Assembly: GCA_964475635.1 (NCBI GenBank)
Contig: CAYYXS010000019.1
Location: 7,072-71,071 of the forward strand
Direction of reading: 5' to 3'
Length of the DNA stretch: 64,000 nt
DNA from: an uncultured Rhodocyclaceae bacterium
Lineage (GTDB): Bacteria > Pseudomonadota > Gammaproteobacteria > Burkholderiales > Rhodocyclaceae
Positions 1 to 11,275 of this stretch are shown in pieces. A program made the translations under genes and the position numbers. Every line of letters begins with the position of its first letter. The stretch's first letter is position 1. The notes below the pieces were generated by a model that was not told where the DNA came from, did no database searches, and saw only the letters and a program-made list of their open reading frames with translations.

Positions 1-1095
1 GTCCACGTTCGGGTAGAGTTTCTTGCTGACGAAGTATTCGTCCTCGAGGGCGATCTTCTCCAGCACGATGGCCAGCTTGAAGAGGCGGTCGTCGTGCAGG
101 CCGAGCTCGTTGAGCACCTCGTGGCAGGTCTCGCGCATGAGTTTCGCGCGCGGATCGAAGTTCTTGTATACGCGATGGCCGAAGCCCATCAGCTTGAAGG
201 AATCGTTCTTGTCCTTGGCGCGCTTGATGTACTCGCCGACACGCGAAACGTCACCGATCTCCTCCAGCATGTTGAGGCAGGCCTCGTTGGCGCCGCCGTG
301 CGCCGGCCCCCACAGGCAGGCGATGCCCGAGGAGATGCAGGCGAAGGGGTTGGCGCCGGAGGAGCCCGCCAGGCGCACCGTCGAGGTGGAAGCGTTCTGC
401 TCATGGTCGGCGTGCAGGATGAGGATGCGGTCGAGCGCGCGCACCAGCACCGGGTTCGGCTCGTACTTCTCGCAGGGCGTGCCGAACATCATGTGCATGA
501 AGTTGGCCGTGTAGGCAAGATCGTTGCGCGGGTACATGAAGGGCTGGCCGGCGTTGTACTTGTAGGCCATGGCGACGATGGTCGGCAGCTTGGCGATGAG
601 GCGGTGCGCCGAGATGTCGCGGTGGTACTGGTCGGAGATGTCCATGGCGTCGTGGTAGAAGGCCGACAGCGCGCCGACCACGCCGACCATCACCGCCATC
701 GGGTGCGCGTCGCGGCGGAAGCCCGAGTAGAAGCGGGTCAGCTGCTCGTGCACCATGGTGTGGTTCTGGATGACCTTGTCGAACTCGGCCTTCTGCTGCG
801 CATTCGGCAGTTCGCCCTTGAGGATCAGATAGGCGACCTCGAGGAAGTCGCATTGGTGCGCCAGCTGCTCGATCGGATAGCCGCGGTAGAGCAGCACGCC
901 GGCATCGCCGTCGATGTAGGTGATGCTCGACTTGCAGGCCGCCGTGGACATGAAGCCGGGATCGAAGGTGAACATCCCCGTCTTGGCATAGAGCTGGCGG
1001 ATGTCGATGACGTCCGGGCCGATGGAACCGGAGTAGACCGGCAGATCGACGGACTTGCCGTCGACCGTAAGCGTGGCATTGCGTTGAGTATTCAT
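1..1095 (-). CDS. gltA: Type II citrate synthase (partial, runs off the window start; absent from the ORF track)
   Basis: Manual translation from ATG at 1095: [21 protein letters not shown]...[13 protein letters not shown]...[16 protein letters not shown]...[11 protein letters not shown]...[16 protein letters not shown]...KLYPNVD. Confidence 0.97.
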   Translation of the reverse strand, partial: MNTQRNATLTVDGKSVDLPVYSGSIGPDVIDIRQLYAKTGMFTFDPGFMSTAACKSSITYIDGDAGVLLYRGYPIEQLAHQCDFLEVAYLILKGELPNAQQKAEFDKVIQNHTMVHEQLTRFYSGFRRDAHPMAVMVGVVGALSAFYHDAMDISDQYHRDISAHRLIAKLPTIVAMAYKYNAGQPFMYPRNDLAYTANFMHMMFGTPCEKYEPNPVLVRALDRILILHADHEQNASTSTVRLAGSSGANPFACISSGIACLWGPAHGGANEACLNMLEEIGDVSRVGEYIKRAKDKNDSFKLMGFGHRVYKNFDPRAKLMRETCHEVLNELGLHDDRLFKLAIVLEKIALEDEYFVSKKLYPNVD

Positions 1096-1134
1096 CTTTG
1101 CATCCCCATCAGTAAGTCGGAAAAATCTCTCCCG

Positions 1135-1380
1135 TCATGCTTGGCGCAGCCGTTCTATCGCCGCTTCCAGTTGTGCATCGTCGGTATCCAGCCGGCCGCT
1201 CACCAGTTCCCACAAATCGTGGTCTTCCATCGCCACCAGACGCTCCAGCGCCGCTTCCGTGTCCGCATCGACTTCGTCGCCGACGCGGCTCCAGTAGCGC
1301 TGGAACACCAGGTCCAGCTCGAGCAGGGCGCGCCGGCAGTGCCAGCGCAGGCGGCGCAGCCGCGCCCGGCGATCGTCCAT
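1135..1380 (-). CDS. sdhE: Succinate dehydrogenase flavinylation/assembly factor (SdhE/YgfY)
   Basis: RLRWHCRRALLELD motif, 81 aa, between sdhB and gltA. Confidence 0.9.
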   Translation of the reverse strand: MDDRRARLRRLRWHCRRALLELDLVFQRYWSRVGDEVDADTEAALERLVAMEDHDLWELVSGRLDTDDAQLEAAIERLRQA

Positions 1381-1381
1381 G

Positions 1382-2092
1382 TCAAACCGCGCGCCGCACC
1401 ATCATGTCCTTGATCTTGCCGATGGCCCGGGTCGGGTTGAGGCCCTTCGGACAGACATCGACGCAGTTCATGATGGTATGGCAGCGGAACAGGCGATAGG
1501 GGTCCTCGAGGTTGTCGAGGCGCTCGCTGGTCGCCTGATCACGGGTATCGGCAATGAATCGGTAAGCTTGAAGGAGCCCCGCCGGGCCGACGAACTTGTC
1601 CGGGTTCCACCAGAACGAGGGGCAGGAGGTCGAGCAGCAGGCGCACAGGATGCACTCGTACACCCCGTTCAGCTCCTCGCGCTCCTCCGGCGTCTGCAGC
1701 CGCTCGGTCTCGGGCGGCGGGTCGTTGTTGATGAGGTAGGGCTTGATCGAGTGGTACTGCTTGAAGAACTGGGTCATGTCCACGATCAGGTCGCGGATGA
1801 TGGGCAGGCCGGGCAGCGGGCGCAGCGTCACCGGCTCCTGGAGTTCCTTCAGTTCGGTCAGGCAGGCCAGACCGTTGCGGCCGTTGATGTTCAACGCGTC
1901 GGAGCCGCAGACGCCCTCGCGGCAGGAACGGCGGAAGGCGATGGTATCGTCCTTGGCCTTCAGCTTGACCATGGCGTCGAGCAGCTTGCGGTCTGTGGCG
2001 TCGACCTCCACCGAGATGTCCTGCAGGTAGGGCTTGTCGTCCTTGTCCGGATCGTAGCGGTAGATCTTGAACTGCATGGTTCTTGTCGTCAT
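1382..2092 (-). CDS. sdhB: Succinate dehydrogenase iron-sulfur subunit
   Basis: RRSCREGVCGSD, CILCACCSTSCP, CHTIMNCVDVCP Fe-S motifs; GGAG RBS 8 nt upstream. Confidence 0.98.
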   Translation of the reverse strand: MTTRTMQFKIYRYDPDKDDKPYLQDISVEVDATDRKLLDAMVKLKAKDDTIAFRRSCREGVCGSDALNINGRNGLACLTELKELQEPVTLRPLPGLPIIRDLIVDMTQFFKQYHSIKPYLINNDPPPETERLQTPEEREELNGVYECILCACCSTSCPSFWWNPDKFVGPAGLLQAYRFIADTRDQATSERLDNLEDPYRLFRCHTIMNCVDVCPKGLNPTRAIGKIKDMMVRRAV

Positions 2093-2105
2093 TTGAAATG
2101 CTCCT

Positions 2106-2178
2106 GTGAGCGGTTGGCGGCAAGCGGTGAGCTGCAGGGGCGTTTCCCCATACCGCTTCTCGCCAACCGTTCCCCGCT
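2106..2178. repeat. Heptamer-built imperfect inverted repeat in the sdhA-sdhB spacer
   Basis: GTGAGCG/GTTGGCG/GCAAGCG/GTGAGCT units; 2111-2128 matches the reverse complement of 2152-2169 at 16/18. Confidence 0.7.
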
Positions 2179-2186
2179 GACCATGA

Positions 2187-3974
2187 TCAATAGGCGCGCT
2201 TCTTCAGCTCGATGGTGGGCACGGTGAGCGGGGTGAGCTTCACCGACTTGTAGTCGAGGCGGTTGCCCTCCTTGAACCACAGGCTGTGCTTGAGCCAGTT
2301 CTGATCGTCGCGGCCGTTCGGGCGCTCGGACGTGTCGGGCGCGTCGTCGCGCACATGGGCGCCGCGGGACTCCTTCCTTGCCTCGGCCGAGATCATGGTG
2401 GCCACTGCCACCTCGATCAGGTTGTCCAGCTCCAGCGCCTCCACGCGGGCGGTGTTGAAGACCTTGGACTTGTCCTTGATTCCGGTGCACTGCACGTCCT
2501 TCTGCACCTCGAGGATCTTCGCCACGCCTTCCTTCAGCTTGTCGGCGAAGCGGAACACGCCGCAGTGGTTCTGCATGGTGCGCTGCATGGCGAGCCGCGC
2601 CTGATGCACGTCGGCGCCGTCCTGCTGCGTGTCGAGGCGATTGATGCGCGCCAGGGTACGCTCGATGGCCTCCTGCGGCAGCTCCTTGTGCGCCTTGGCC
2701 GACTTTCGCACGTCCTCGACCGCGGTCTCGCCGGCAGACTTGCCGAACACCAGCAGGTCGAGCAGCGAGTTGGTGCCGAGGCGGTTGGCGCCGTGCACCG
2801 AGGCGCAGCCGCACTCGCCGGCGGCGTAGAAACCGGGCACGGGAACGCTCATGCTGTTGCCGCGCGGCGCCACCACCTGGCCGCTGTAGTTGGTCGGGAT
2901 GCCGCCCATCTGGTAGTGGCAGGTCGGCACCACCGGGATCGGCTCCTTGATCGGATCGGTACCGGCAAACTGGATGGAGATCTCGCGGATGCCGGGCAGG
3001 CGCTGCATGATCACCTTCGGGTCGAGGTGGGTGATGTCGAGCAGCACGAAGTCCTTGTTCGGGCCGCAGCCGCGCCCCTCGTTGATCTCGGTGACCATGG
3101 CGCGCGAGACGACGTCGCGCGAGGCGAGATCCTTGGCGTTGGGCGCATAGCGCTCCATGAAGCGCTCGCCCTTGTCGTTGCGCAGGATGCCGCCCTCGCC
3201 GCGCACGCCCTCGGTGATGAGCACGCCGGCGCCGGCCACGCCGGTCGGGTGGAACTGCCAGAACTCCATGTCCTCCAGCGGGATGCCGGCGCGCGCCGCC
3301 ATGCCGAGGCCGTCGCCGGTGTTGATGAAGGCGTTGGTGGACGAGTAGAAGATGCGGCCCGCCCCGCCGGTGGCGAAAATGGTGGCCTTGGACTGGAAGG
3401 CGACGATCTCGCCGGTCTCCATCTCCAGGGCGGTGACGCCGAGCACTTCGCCTTCGGCGTCGCGGATCAGGTCGAGCGCCATCCATTCGACGAAGAACTG
3501 GGTGTTGGCGCGCACGTTCCTCTGGTAAAGGGCGTGCAGCATGGCGTGGCCGGTGCGGTCGGCGGCGGCGCAGGCACGGCGCACCGGCTTCTCGCCGAAG
3601 TTGGACATGTGGCCGCCGAAGGGGCGCTGGTAGATCTTGCCGGCGTCGGTGCGGTCGAAGGGCATGCCGAAGTGCTCGAGCTCGATCACCACCTCGTTGG
3701 CCTTGCGGCACATGAACTCGATGGCGTCCTGGTCGCCGAGCCAGTCGGAGCCCTTGACGGTATCGTACATGTGCCAGTGCCAGTGATCCTCCTCGGAGTT
3801 GCCGAGCGAGGCGGCCACGCCGCCCTGTGCCGCCACGGTATGCGAGCGCGTCGGGAAGACCTTGGTAATCACGGCCGTCTTGAGGCCGGATTCGGACAGT
3901 TGCAGCGCGGCGCGCAATCCTGCGCCGCCGGCACCGACGATGACCGCATCGAAAGTTCGCTTGGTGATCTTCAC
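2187..3974 (-). CDS. sdhA: Succinate dehydrogenase flavoprotein subunit
   Basis: GAGGAG FAD site, [10 protein letters not shown] covalent-FAD His motif, QFHPT, HGANRLG. Confidence 0.99.
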   Translation of the reverse strand: MKITKRTFDAVIVGAGGAGLRAALQLSESGLKTAVITKVFPTRSHTVAAQGGVAASLGNSEEDHWHWHMYDTVKGSDWLGDQDAIEFMCRKANEVVIELEHFGMPFDRTDAGKIYQRPFGGHMSNFGEKPVRRACAAADRTGHAMLHALYQRNVRANTQFFVEWMALDLIRDAEGEVLGVTALEMETGEIVAFQSKATIFATGGAGRIFYSSTNAFINTGDGLGMAARAGIPLEDMEFWQFHPTGVAGAGVLITEGVRGEGGILRNDKGERFMERYAPNAKDLASRDVVSRAMVTEINEGRGCGPNKDFVLLDITHLDPKVIMQRLPGIREISIQFAGTDPIKEPIPVVPTCHYQMGGIPTNYSGQVVAPRGNSMSVPVPGFYAAGECGCASVHGANRLGTNSLLDLLVFGKSAGETAVEDVRKSAKAHKELPQEAIERTLARINRLDTQQDGADVHQARLAMQRTMQNHCGVFRFADKLKEGVAKILEVQKDVQCTGIKDKSKVFNTARVEALELDNLIEVAVATMISAEARKESRGAHVRDDAPDTSERPNGRDDQNWLKHSLWFKEGNRLDYKSVKLTPLTVPTIELKKRAY

Positions 3975-4322
3975 TTACAGCCTCCAGAGAATCGACACCG
4001 CCCAGCCGGTGTAGCCGACCAGGGCGAGAAGCGTGAGGACGTGCAGGGCGAGGCGCACGCCGGTGGGCTTGACGTAGTCCATCCAGATGTCGCGCACTCC
4101 GACCCAGACGTGGTACATGAGGCAGACGACGAAGAGGAAGGTGAGGAAGCGCATGAAGCCGCCGGCCATCAGGGCGCGCCAGGACTCATAGGTGAGACGC
4201 GCCGGCCCGAGCAGCAGGACGGCCAGGATCAGGGTATAGACCGCCATGACGGCGGCAGTGATGCGCTGCGCCAGCCAGTCCTTCAGGCCGTAGTGGGCGC
4301 CGACGATGATCTCCTTCACCAT
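3975..4322 (-). CDS. sdhD: Succinate dehydrogenase hydrophobic anchor subunit
   Basis: MVKEIIVGAHYGLKDWLAQRITA...HVWVGVRDIWMDYVKP; start trimmed to 4322. Confidence 0.95.
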   Translation of the reverse strand: MVKEIIVGAHYGLKDWLAQRITAAVMAVYTLILAVLLLGPARLTYESWRALMAGGFMRFLTFLFVVCLMYHVWVGVRDIWMDYVKPTGVRLALHVLTLLALVGYTGWAVSILWRL

Positions 4323-4705
4323 AGCGTCACCCCCAGAATCGCGGTCAGGACGAGGCTGACGGCCATCACGGCTTTCGCGCTGCTGCGCGCCGCCTGAAGG
4401 TCGGTGCCCATGTTCAGATCGATCAGCAGAATGCGGATGCCCATGCAGAAGTGATGCAGGAAAGCCCACAGCAGACCCAGCAGCACCAGCTTGGCGAACG
4501 GATGGCCGACGACGGCCTTGAAGGTCTCGAAGCTCTGCGGCGACTCCAGGCTCAGTTGCAGAAGATAGATCAGAAGCGGCAGCATCAGGAACAAGCCCGC
4601 GCCGCTGACACGGTGCAGAATCGATGCAATCGCCGGGATAGGCTGCTTGATGACCCGAAGGTCGAGGTGCTTGGGGCGCTCCTTTTTCATGACGATTTCC
4701 GACAT
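4316..4705 (-). CDS. sdhC: Succinate dehydrogenase cytochrome b556 subunit
   Basis: SILHRVSG and HHFCMGIR motifs; GGAGG 7 nt upstream of ATG 4705. Confidence 0.95.
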   Translation of the reverse strand: MSEIVMKKERPKHLDLRVIKQPIPAIASILHRVSGAGLFLMLPLLIYLLQLSLESPQSFETFKAVVGHPFAKLVLLGLLWAFLHHFCMGIRILLIDLNMGTDLQAARSSAKAVMAVSLVLTAILGVTLW

Positions 4706-4768
4706 TTTCAAACCTCCCTACACTGTGCAGCGCACCATAAGGCGCTACGATGGCCCGATAAAATGTTA

Positions 4769-4798
4769 ATTATAGCCTCTCGAATGGCTCGGTTTCAC
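4769..4798 (-). promoter_or_regulatory. Candidate sigma70 promoter of sdhCDAB
   Basis: Perfect -10 TATAAT (4769-4774, minus strand); only a weak -35 (GTGAAA). Confidence 0.45.
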
Positions 4799-4811
4799 TC
4801 TCGGCCGCCTC

Positions 4812-5540
4812 TCAGCTCAGTTCGTTCAGGTAATAGTGCTCGGCGGTCGAGTAGAGGCCACGCCGCCACTCCACTGGCCGGTCGCCGTAGGTGTAGGTGA
4901 CGCGCTCGACGGAGAGCAGCGGACCGCCCTCCTCGACCCCCAGCAACTCGGCCGAGGCCCGGTCGGCGGCCACCGCGCGAATGCGTTCCTCGGCGCGAAT
5001 CATGCGCACGCCGAAGCGTGTTTCGAACAAGGTGTAGAGCGAATCCTGATTGTTCTGCAGCACTTCAAGCGACAGGCCCTGGAAGACCTCGCCCGGCAGG
5101 TAGATTTCATCCAGCACCACCGGCTTGCCGTCGAACCTGAGCAAGCGCCGCACGATATTGATCGATGCGCCGAGCGGGATGTCGAGGATGCGGGCTGCCT
5201 CCTGGCCGGCCTTGGCGCGCCAGCATTCCAGTGGCACGCTCTGCGGCACGGCGACGCCGCCCTCGTTGGGCACCACGCGCAGGAAACGAAAGAAGGCACG
5301 CGGATCATTGTGCGAAGCAACATAAGTGCCCTTGCCCTGCTTGCGCACGACGAGGTTCTCGGCAGCCATCTCGTCGATGGCCTTGCGCACGGTGCCTTGG
5401 CTGACATTGAAACGGACGGCCAGTTCGGCCTCACTGGGAATGGCTTCGCCTGGACGCCACTCGCCCGATGCAAGCCCCTGCAGGATCAGGTTCTTGATCT
5501 GGCGGTAGAGCGGACTGAAAGTCGGTGACACTTGCGCCAT
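4812..5540 (-). CDS. GntR/HutC-family regulator (SdhR-like)
   Basis: wHTH PLYRQIK...IPSEAELAVRFNVSQGTVRKA plus UTRA-like C-terminus; located between sdhC and mdh. Confidence 0.9.
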   Translation of the reverse strand: MAQVSPTFSPLYRQIKNLILQGLASGEWRPGEAIPSEAELAVRFNVSQGTVRKAIDEMAAENLVVRKQGKGTYVASHNDPRAFFRFLRVVPNEGGVAVPQSVPLECWRAKAGQEAARILDIPLGASINIVRRLLRFDGKPVVLDEIYLPGEVFQGLSLEVLQNNQDSLYTLFETRFGVRMIRAEERIRAVAADRASAELLGVEEGGPLLSVERVTYTYGDRPVEWRRGLYSTAEHYYLNELS

Positions 5541-5589
5541 GCAGCAATTTCATCACAAAAAGGCCACAACGTCTATAGGCTATAGGTTT

Positions 5590-5608
5590 TCTTATGTCTT
5601 ATATAAGA
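5590..5608. promoter_or_regulatory. Candidate SdhR operator TCTTATGTCTTATATAAGA
   Basis: AT-rich motif with TCTTAT direct repeat and TCTTA...TAAGA dyad in the divergent gntR-mdh spacer; from memory it matches the motif inferred for betaproteobacterial SdhR (not verified). Confidence 0.7.
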
Positions 5609-5621
5609 TATATAATACCTA

Positions 5622-5650
5622 TTGACACAGTGCAAAAACAATTCTACCAT
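5622..5650 (+). promoter_or_regulatory. sigma70 promoter of mdh
   Basis: TTGACA-N17-TACCAT. Confidence 0.7.
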
Positions 5651-5755
5651 CAAGTGCAATCCAGGCTTGCGTGTTCTTGCTCTAAATAAGGGATCTGCTC
5701 TTGCGCAAGCCGGGCCAGCGCCGCTTTCGCAAACCTGAATCGAGGAGTCACTCCA

Positions 5756-6745
<990 letters not shown>

Positions 6746-6751
6746 ACGGCC

Positions 6752-6779
6752 GCAAGCGGCAGGCAGCAAGCGGGGGCGC
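6752..6779 (+). repeat. Heptamer tandem GCAAGCG-GCAGGCA-GCAAGCG
   Basis: Shares the GCAAGCG unit with the 2106-2178 element. Confidence 0.5.
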
Positions 6780-6795
6780 TAGGGCGAGAAGGTCG

Positions 6796-7797
6796 ATGAC
6801 GGCTCCTCTACACCCCGCCACTGTCCTCTACCGCGAAGCCAAGCCCTTCCCCGCCCTGCCGGCGTGCGAGCACTACGCCGGCAGCAAAAAGCTGATCGAC
6901 AAGGCGCTTGATCTGCAGCAGGCGCTCGGGCCGGTATTCGACGTCACCTGCGATTGCGAGGACGGCGCTCCGGCCGGCGCAGAAGCAGCGCATGCCGAAA
7001 TGGTGGCCGCCGCCATCAACTCCGCCGACAACCGCTACGGCCGCGTCGGCGCGCGCATCCACGACGTCACCCATCCGCACTGGCGTACCGACCTGGAGAT
7101 CATCGTAGGGAGAGCCGGCCAGCGGCTCGCCTACGTCACCTTGCCCAAGGTCGGCGGACGCCAGGACGCACAGGTGATGCTGATGGCGCTCGCCGCCATC
7201 GCGAAGAACTGCGGCCTGACACGGCCGATCCCCGCCCATGTGCTGATCGAAACCCACGGCGCGCTGCGCGAGGTGGAGGAGATCGCCGCCTTGCCCGGCA
7301 TCGAGACGCTGGACTTCGGCCTGATGGACTTCGTCAGCGGCCACCACGGCGCCATCCCCGCCGCGGCCATGAAGAGCCCCGGCCAGTTCGAGCATCCGCT
7401 GGTGGTACGCGCCAAGTGCGCCATCGCCGCCGCCGCGCTCGGCCACGGCCTGGTGCCCTCGCACAACGTCACCACCGAACTGCATGACACGCAGGTGGTC
7501 TATCGTGACGCACGGCGCGCCCGCGAGCAATTCGGCTATCTGCGCATGTGGAGCATCCACCCAAACCAGGTGCAACCCATCATTGATGCGATGCGGCCGG
7601 ACTTCGGCGAGGTCGAGGAAGCCGCTGGAATCCTCCTCGCCGCGCAGGCGGTCGGCTGGGGCCCAATCCGCCATGACGGCCGCCTGCATGACCGCGCCTC
7701 ATACCGCTATTACTGGGAGCTGCTGCAGCGCGCCAACACCACCGGCATGGATTTGCCGGCCAGCGTCCGCCGCAGCTTCTTTTCGACCACGCATTAG
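6796..7797 (+). CDS. HpcH/HpaI aldolase / CitE-like acyl-CoA lyase family protein
   Basis: DCEDGA, LIETHGAL, FGLMDFVS, WSIHPNQ motifs; start trimmed to MTAPLHP at 6796. Confidence 0.85.
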   Translation: MTAPLHPATVLYREAKPFPALPACEHYAGSKKLIDKALDLQQALGPVFDVTCDCEDGAPAGAEAAHAEMVAAAINSADNRYGRVGARIHDVTHPHWRTDLEIIVGRAGQRLAYVTLPKVGGRQDAQVMLMALAAIAKNCGLTRPIPAHVLIETHGALREVEEIAALPGIETLDFGLMDFVSGHHGAIPAAAMKSPGQFEHPLVVRAKCAIAAAALGHGLVPSHNVTTELHDTQVVYRDARRAREQFGYLRMWSIHPNQVQPIIDAMRPDFGEVEEAAGILLAAQAVGWGPIRHDGRLHDRASYRYYWELLQRANTTGMDLPASVRRSFFSTTH

Positions 7798-7825
7798 CCA
7801 TCACATTCACTGAGAGGACTCACCC

Positions 7826-10423
7826 GTGCTAGAAGCCTATCGTGCCCACGCCACCGAGCGCGCCGCGCTCGGCATCGCGCCACTCCCGCTCACCGCCAGG
7901 CAGACCGAGGAACTGGTTGCACTGCTGAAGACCCCCCCCAAAGGCGAGGAAGCCTTCCTCGTCGATCTTCTTGCCCACCGCGTGCCGGCCGGCGTGGACG
8001 ACGCCGCCAAGGTCAAGGCCGCATTCCTGGCAAAGGTCAGCACCGGCGATACGGCGTGCGCACTGATTTCGCGCGAGAAAGCCACAGAACTCCTCGGCAC
8101 CATGCTCGGCGGCTACAACGTCAAGCCGCTGATCGATCTGCTCGACGACGACGCCGTCGGCGCCGTCGCAGCGAAGGGCCTCAAGAGCACGCTGCTGATG
8201 TTCGACTACTTCCACGACGTCGCCGAAAAAGCGAAGAAGGGTAACGCCAACGCCAAGGCGGTGATGCAGTCCTGGGCCGACGCCGAATGGTTCACGCAGC
8301 GCCCGGAAGTGGCGAAGAAGATTTCCGTCACCGTCTTCAAGGTCACCGGCGAGACCAATACCGACGACCTCTCGCCGGCGCCCGACGCCTGGAGCCGCCC
8401 GGACATTCCGCTGCACGGCCTGGCCATGCTGAAGAACGCCCGCGAGGGGATCACGCCGGAGAAGCCCGGCGAGCGCGGCCCGATCCAGCTGATCGAGGAT
8501 CTGAAGAAAAAGGGCCACCCGGTCGCCTACGTCGGCGACGTGGTCGGCACCGGCTCCTCGCGCAAGTCCGCCACCAACTCGGTGATCTGGTGGACCGGCG
8601 AGGACATTCCATACGTGCCGAACAAGCGCTACGGCGGCTTCTGCCTCGGCGGCAAGATCGCGCCGATCTTCTTCAATACGCAGGAGGATGCAGGCGCCTT
8701 CCCCATCGAGTGCGACGTCGCGCAGATGGCGATGGGCGACGTGATCGACATCTATCCCTACGAGAAGAAGATCGAGAAGAACGGCCAGGTCATCGCCACC
8801 TTCGACTACAAGTCCGAGGTCCTGCTCGACGAAGTGCGCGCCGGCGGCCGCATCAATCTGATCATCGGCCGCGGCCTCACCGCTCGCGCGCGCGAGGCGC
8901 TCGGCCTGTCGCCCTCCACTCTGTTCCGCCTGCCGCAGCCGCCGAAGGATTCCGGCAAGGGCTTCTCGCTGGCGCAGAAGATGGTCGGCCGCGCCTGCGG
9001 CCTGCCGGAAGGCAAGGGCATCCGCCCCGGCACCTACTGCGAGCCGAAGATGACCACCGTCGGCTCCCAGGACACCACCGGCCCGATGACGCGCGACGAG
9101 TTGAAGGACCTCGCCTGCCTCGGCTTCTCCGCCGACATGGTGATGCAGTCCTTCTGCCACACCGCCGCCTATCCCAAGCTGGTCGACGTCAAGATGCACC
9201 GCGAACTGCCCGGCTTCATCTCGACGCGCGGCGGCGTGGCGCTACGCCCCGGCGACGGCGTCATCCATTCCTGGCTGAACCGCCTGCTGCTGCCCGACAC
9301 GGTGGGCACCGGCGGCGACTCGCACACCCGCTTCCCCATCGGCATCTCCTTCCCTGCCGGCTCGGGCCTGGTCGCCTTCGCCGCCGCCACCGGCGTCATG
9401 CCGCTCGACATGCCGGAATCGGTGCTGGTGCGCTTCAAGGGTTCGCTGGCCGAGGCCGGCCAGCGCGGCGTCACCCTGCGCGACCTGGTGAACGCCATCC
9501 CCTACTACGCCCTCAAGCAAGGCCTGCTCACCGTCGAGAAGAAGGGCAAGAAAAACGTCTTCTCCGGCCGCATCCTCGAGATCGAGGGCCTGCCCGACCT
9601 GAAGGTGGAACAGGCTTTCGAGCTGTCGGACGCCGCCGCCGAGCGCTCCGCCGCCGCCTGCTCGGTGCATCTCGACAAGGCGCCGATCATCGAGTACATG
9701 CGCTCGAACATCACGCTGATGAAGTGGATGATCGCCAACGGCTACCAGGACGCACGCACGCTGGGCCGCCGCATCAAGGCCATGGAAGCCTGGATCGCCG
9801 ACCCGCAGCTCCTCAAGGCCGACGCCGATGCCGAATACGCCGCCGTGATCGAGATCGACCTGGCGAGCGTCAAGGAGCCGCTGGTCGCCTGCCCGAACGA
9901 CCCGGACGACGTCAAGACGCTGTCCGAAGTCGCCGGCGACAAGATCGACGAGGTGTTCATCGGCAGCTGTATGACCAACATCGGCCACTTCCGCGCCGCC
10001 GGCAAGGTGCTCGACGGCAAGACGGACATCCCGACCCGCCTATGGATCGCCCCGCCGACCAAGATGGACGCCATGATCCTCAACGAGGAAGGCTACTATG
10101 CCATCCTCGGCAAGAGCGGCGCGCGCATGGAGATGCCCGGCTGCAGCCTGTGCATGGGCAACCAGGCGCAGATCAGGAAGGGCAGCACGGCGATGTCCAC
10201 CTCGACACGCAACTTCCCCAACCGCCTCGGCATCGACACCCGCGTCTATCTGGGCTCGGCCGAACTGGCGGCGGTTTGTGCGCTGTTGGGCAGGATTCCG
10301 ACGGTGGCCGAGTACCTGGAGCAGGTCAAGGCGGTGAACGCCAAGACCGCCGACGTGTACCGCTACATGAACTTCGACCAGATCGCGGAGTTCAGGGAAG
10401 TCGCGGACGGCGTCACGGTGTAA
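7826..10423 (+). CDS. acnB: Aconitate hydratase B
   Basis: 865 aa; [50 protein letters not shown]. Confidence 0.99.
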   Translation: MLEAYRAHATERAALGIAPLPLTARQTEELVALLKTPPKGEEAFLVDLLAHRVPAGVDDAAKVKAAFLAKVSTGDTACALISREKATELLGTMLGGYNVKPLIDLLDDDAVGAVAAKGLKSTLLMFDYFHDVAEKAKKGNANAKAVMQSWADAEWFTQRPEVAKKISVTVFKVTGETNTDDLSPAPDAWSRPDIPLHGLAMLKNAREGITPEKPGERGPIQLIEDLKKKGHPVAYVGDVVGTGSSRKSATNSVIWWTGEDIPYVPNKRYGGFCLGGKIAPIFFNTQEDAGAFPIECDVAQMAMGDVIDIYPYEKKIEKNGQVIATFDYKSEVLLDEVRAGGRINLIIGRGLTARAREALGLSPSTLFRLPQPPKDSGKGFSLAQKMVGRACGLPEGKGIRPGTYCEPKMTTVGSQDTTGPMTRDELKDLACLGFSADMVMQSFCHTAAYPKLVDVKMHRELPGFISTRGGVALRPGDGVIHSWLNRLLLPDTVGTGGDSHTRFPIGISFPAGSGLVAFAAATGVMPLDMPESVLVRFKGSLAEAGQRGVTLRDLVNAIPYYALKQGLLTVEKKGKKNVFSGRILEIEGLPDLKVEQAFELSDAAAERSAAACSVHLDKAPIIEYMRSNITLMKWMIANGYQDARTLGRRIKAMEAWIADPQLLKADADAEYAAVIEIDLASVKEPLVACPNDPDDVKTLSEVAGDKIDEVFIGSCMTNIGHFRAAGKVLDGKTDIPTRLWIAPPTKMDAMILNEEGYYAILGKSGARMEMPGCSLCMGNQAQIRKGSTAMSTSTRNFPNRLGIDTRVYLGSAELAAVCALLGRIPTVAEYLEQVKAVNAKTADVYRYMNFDQIAEFREVADGVTV

Positions 10424-10466
10424 ACCGCCGTATCACGGGGACTGACTTTTGTCCTTCCCCGACAGG

Positions 10467-10490
10467 CTGCCCCGCCGAGCGGCGGGGCAG
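10467..10490. terminator. GC hairpin between convergent acnB and MBL hydrolase genes
   Basis: CTGCCCCGCC-GAGC-GGCGGGGCAG, perfect 10-bp stem, no clear U-tract. Confidence 0.55.
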
Positions 10491-10507
10491 TTCCAGCCAC
10501 GGCATCG

Positions 10508-11275
10508 CTACGACAAGGCGCGCCAGTCGAATCCTTCCTCCTGGTCGGCAATTCCCACCCAGGACTCCGAACAGCCCAGCACCCCTGCCAGGGCGGCCCG
10601 GGCCAGAGTCGGGGTATTGTTCTGCTGACTCAGATGGGCGGCGACGAGGTGCTGCAGCCTGCGGGTATCGAGTGCGGCCAGCAGTTCGGCGGAAGCGGCG
10701 TTGTCGAGATGACCGAAACGGCCGGCAATGCGACGCTTCAAATGCGGCGGATAGCCGCTCCGCCGCAGTATCTCCGCATCGTGGTTGCACTCCAGCACCA
10801 GCGCATCGCACCCCGCCAGCATCTGCACCACATGGGGCGTCGAACTGCCCAGATCGGTCACCGCACCGAGACGATGCCTGCCGTCCGAGAAGACGAACTG
10901 GACGGGTTCGCGCGCATCGTGCGGCACGGGAAAGGGATGGATTTCCAGGTCGCCGACGCGGAAAGACAGATGGCTGTCGATCAGCTTCACCGCCGGGATT
11001 TCGCCGCCATCCTGCGGCGCTGCCGCGAAAGTGCCGTGCGTCATCCAGACCGACAGCCGATGGCGAACGGCCAGCCTGAAGGCGCCGGCGACGTGATCGC
11101 TATGCTCGTGGGTAACCAGGATGCCGGTCAACTCCTCCGGAGAAAGGCCGAGGCGACCCAGCCTGAAGGCCATTTCTCGCGGGCCAAAACCGCAATCGAG
11201 CAGGAGTCGCGTCGCGCCGGCTTCGACAACCAAGGCATTGCCCCGGCTGCCGCTGCCGAGTGAAGCGAAACGCAT
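10508..11275 (-). CDS. MBL-fold metallo-hydrolase (YycJ/WalJ-like)
   Basis: LGSGSRGN, THEHSDH, VPHDAREP, LECNHD, HLSQQNN. Confidence 0.9.
   Translation of the reverse strand: MRFASLGSGSRGNALVVEAGATRLLLDCGFGPREMAFRLGRLGLSPEELTGILVTHEHSDHVAGAFRLAVRHRLSVWMTHGTFAAAPQDGGEIPAVKLIDSHLSFRVGDLEIHPFPVPHDAREPVQFVFSDGRHRLGAVTDLGSSTPHVVQMLAGCDALVLECNHDAEILRRSGYPPHLKRRIAGRFGHLDNAASAELLAALDTRRLQHLVAAHLSQQNNTPTLARAALAGVLGCSESWVGIADQEEGFDWRALS

Noticed and set aside
94-1413. 439-aa plus-strand ORF
   Set aside because: Antisense to gltA/sdhE; the real gltA was missed by the track because it runs off the window edge
8287-11079. 930-aa alternative-frame ORF
   Set aside because: Frame-shifted shadow of acnB with low-complexity R/P/G composition and no motifs
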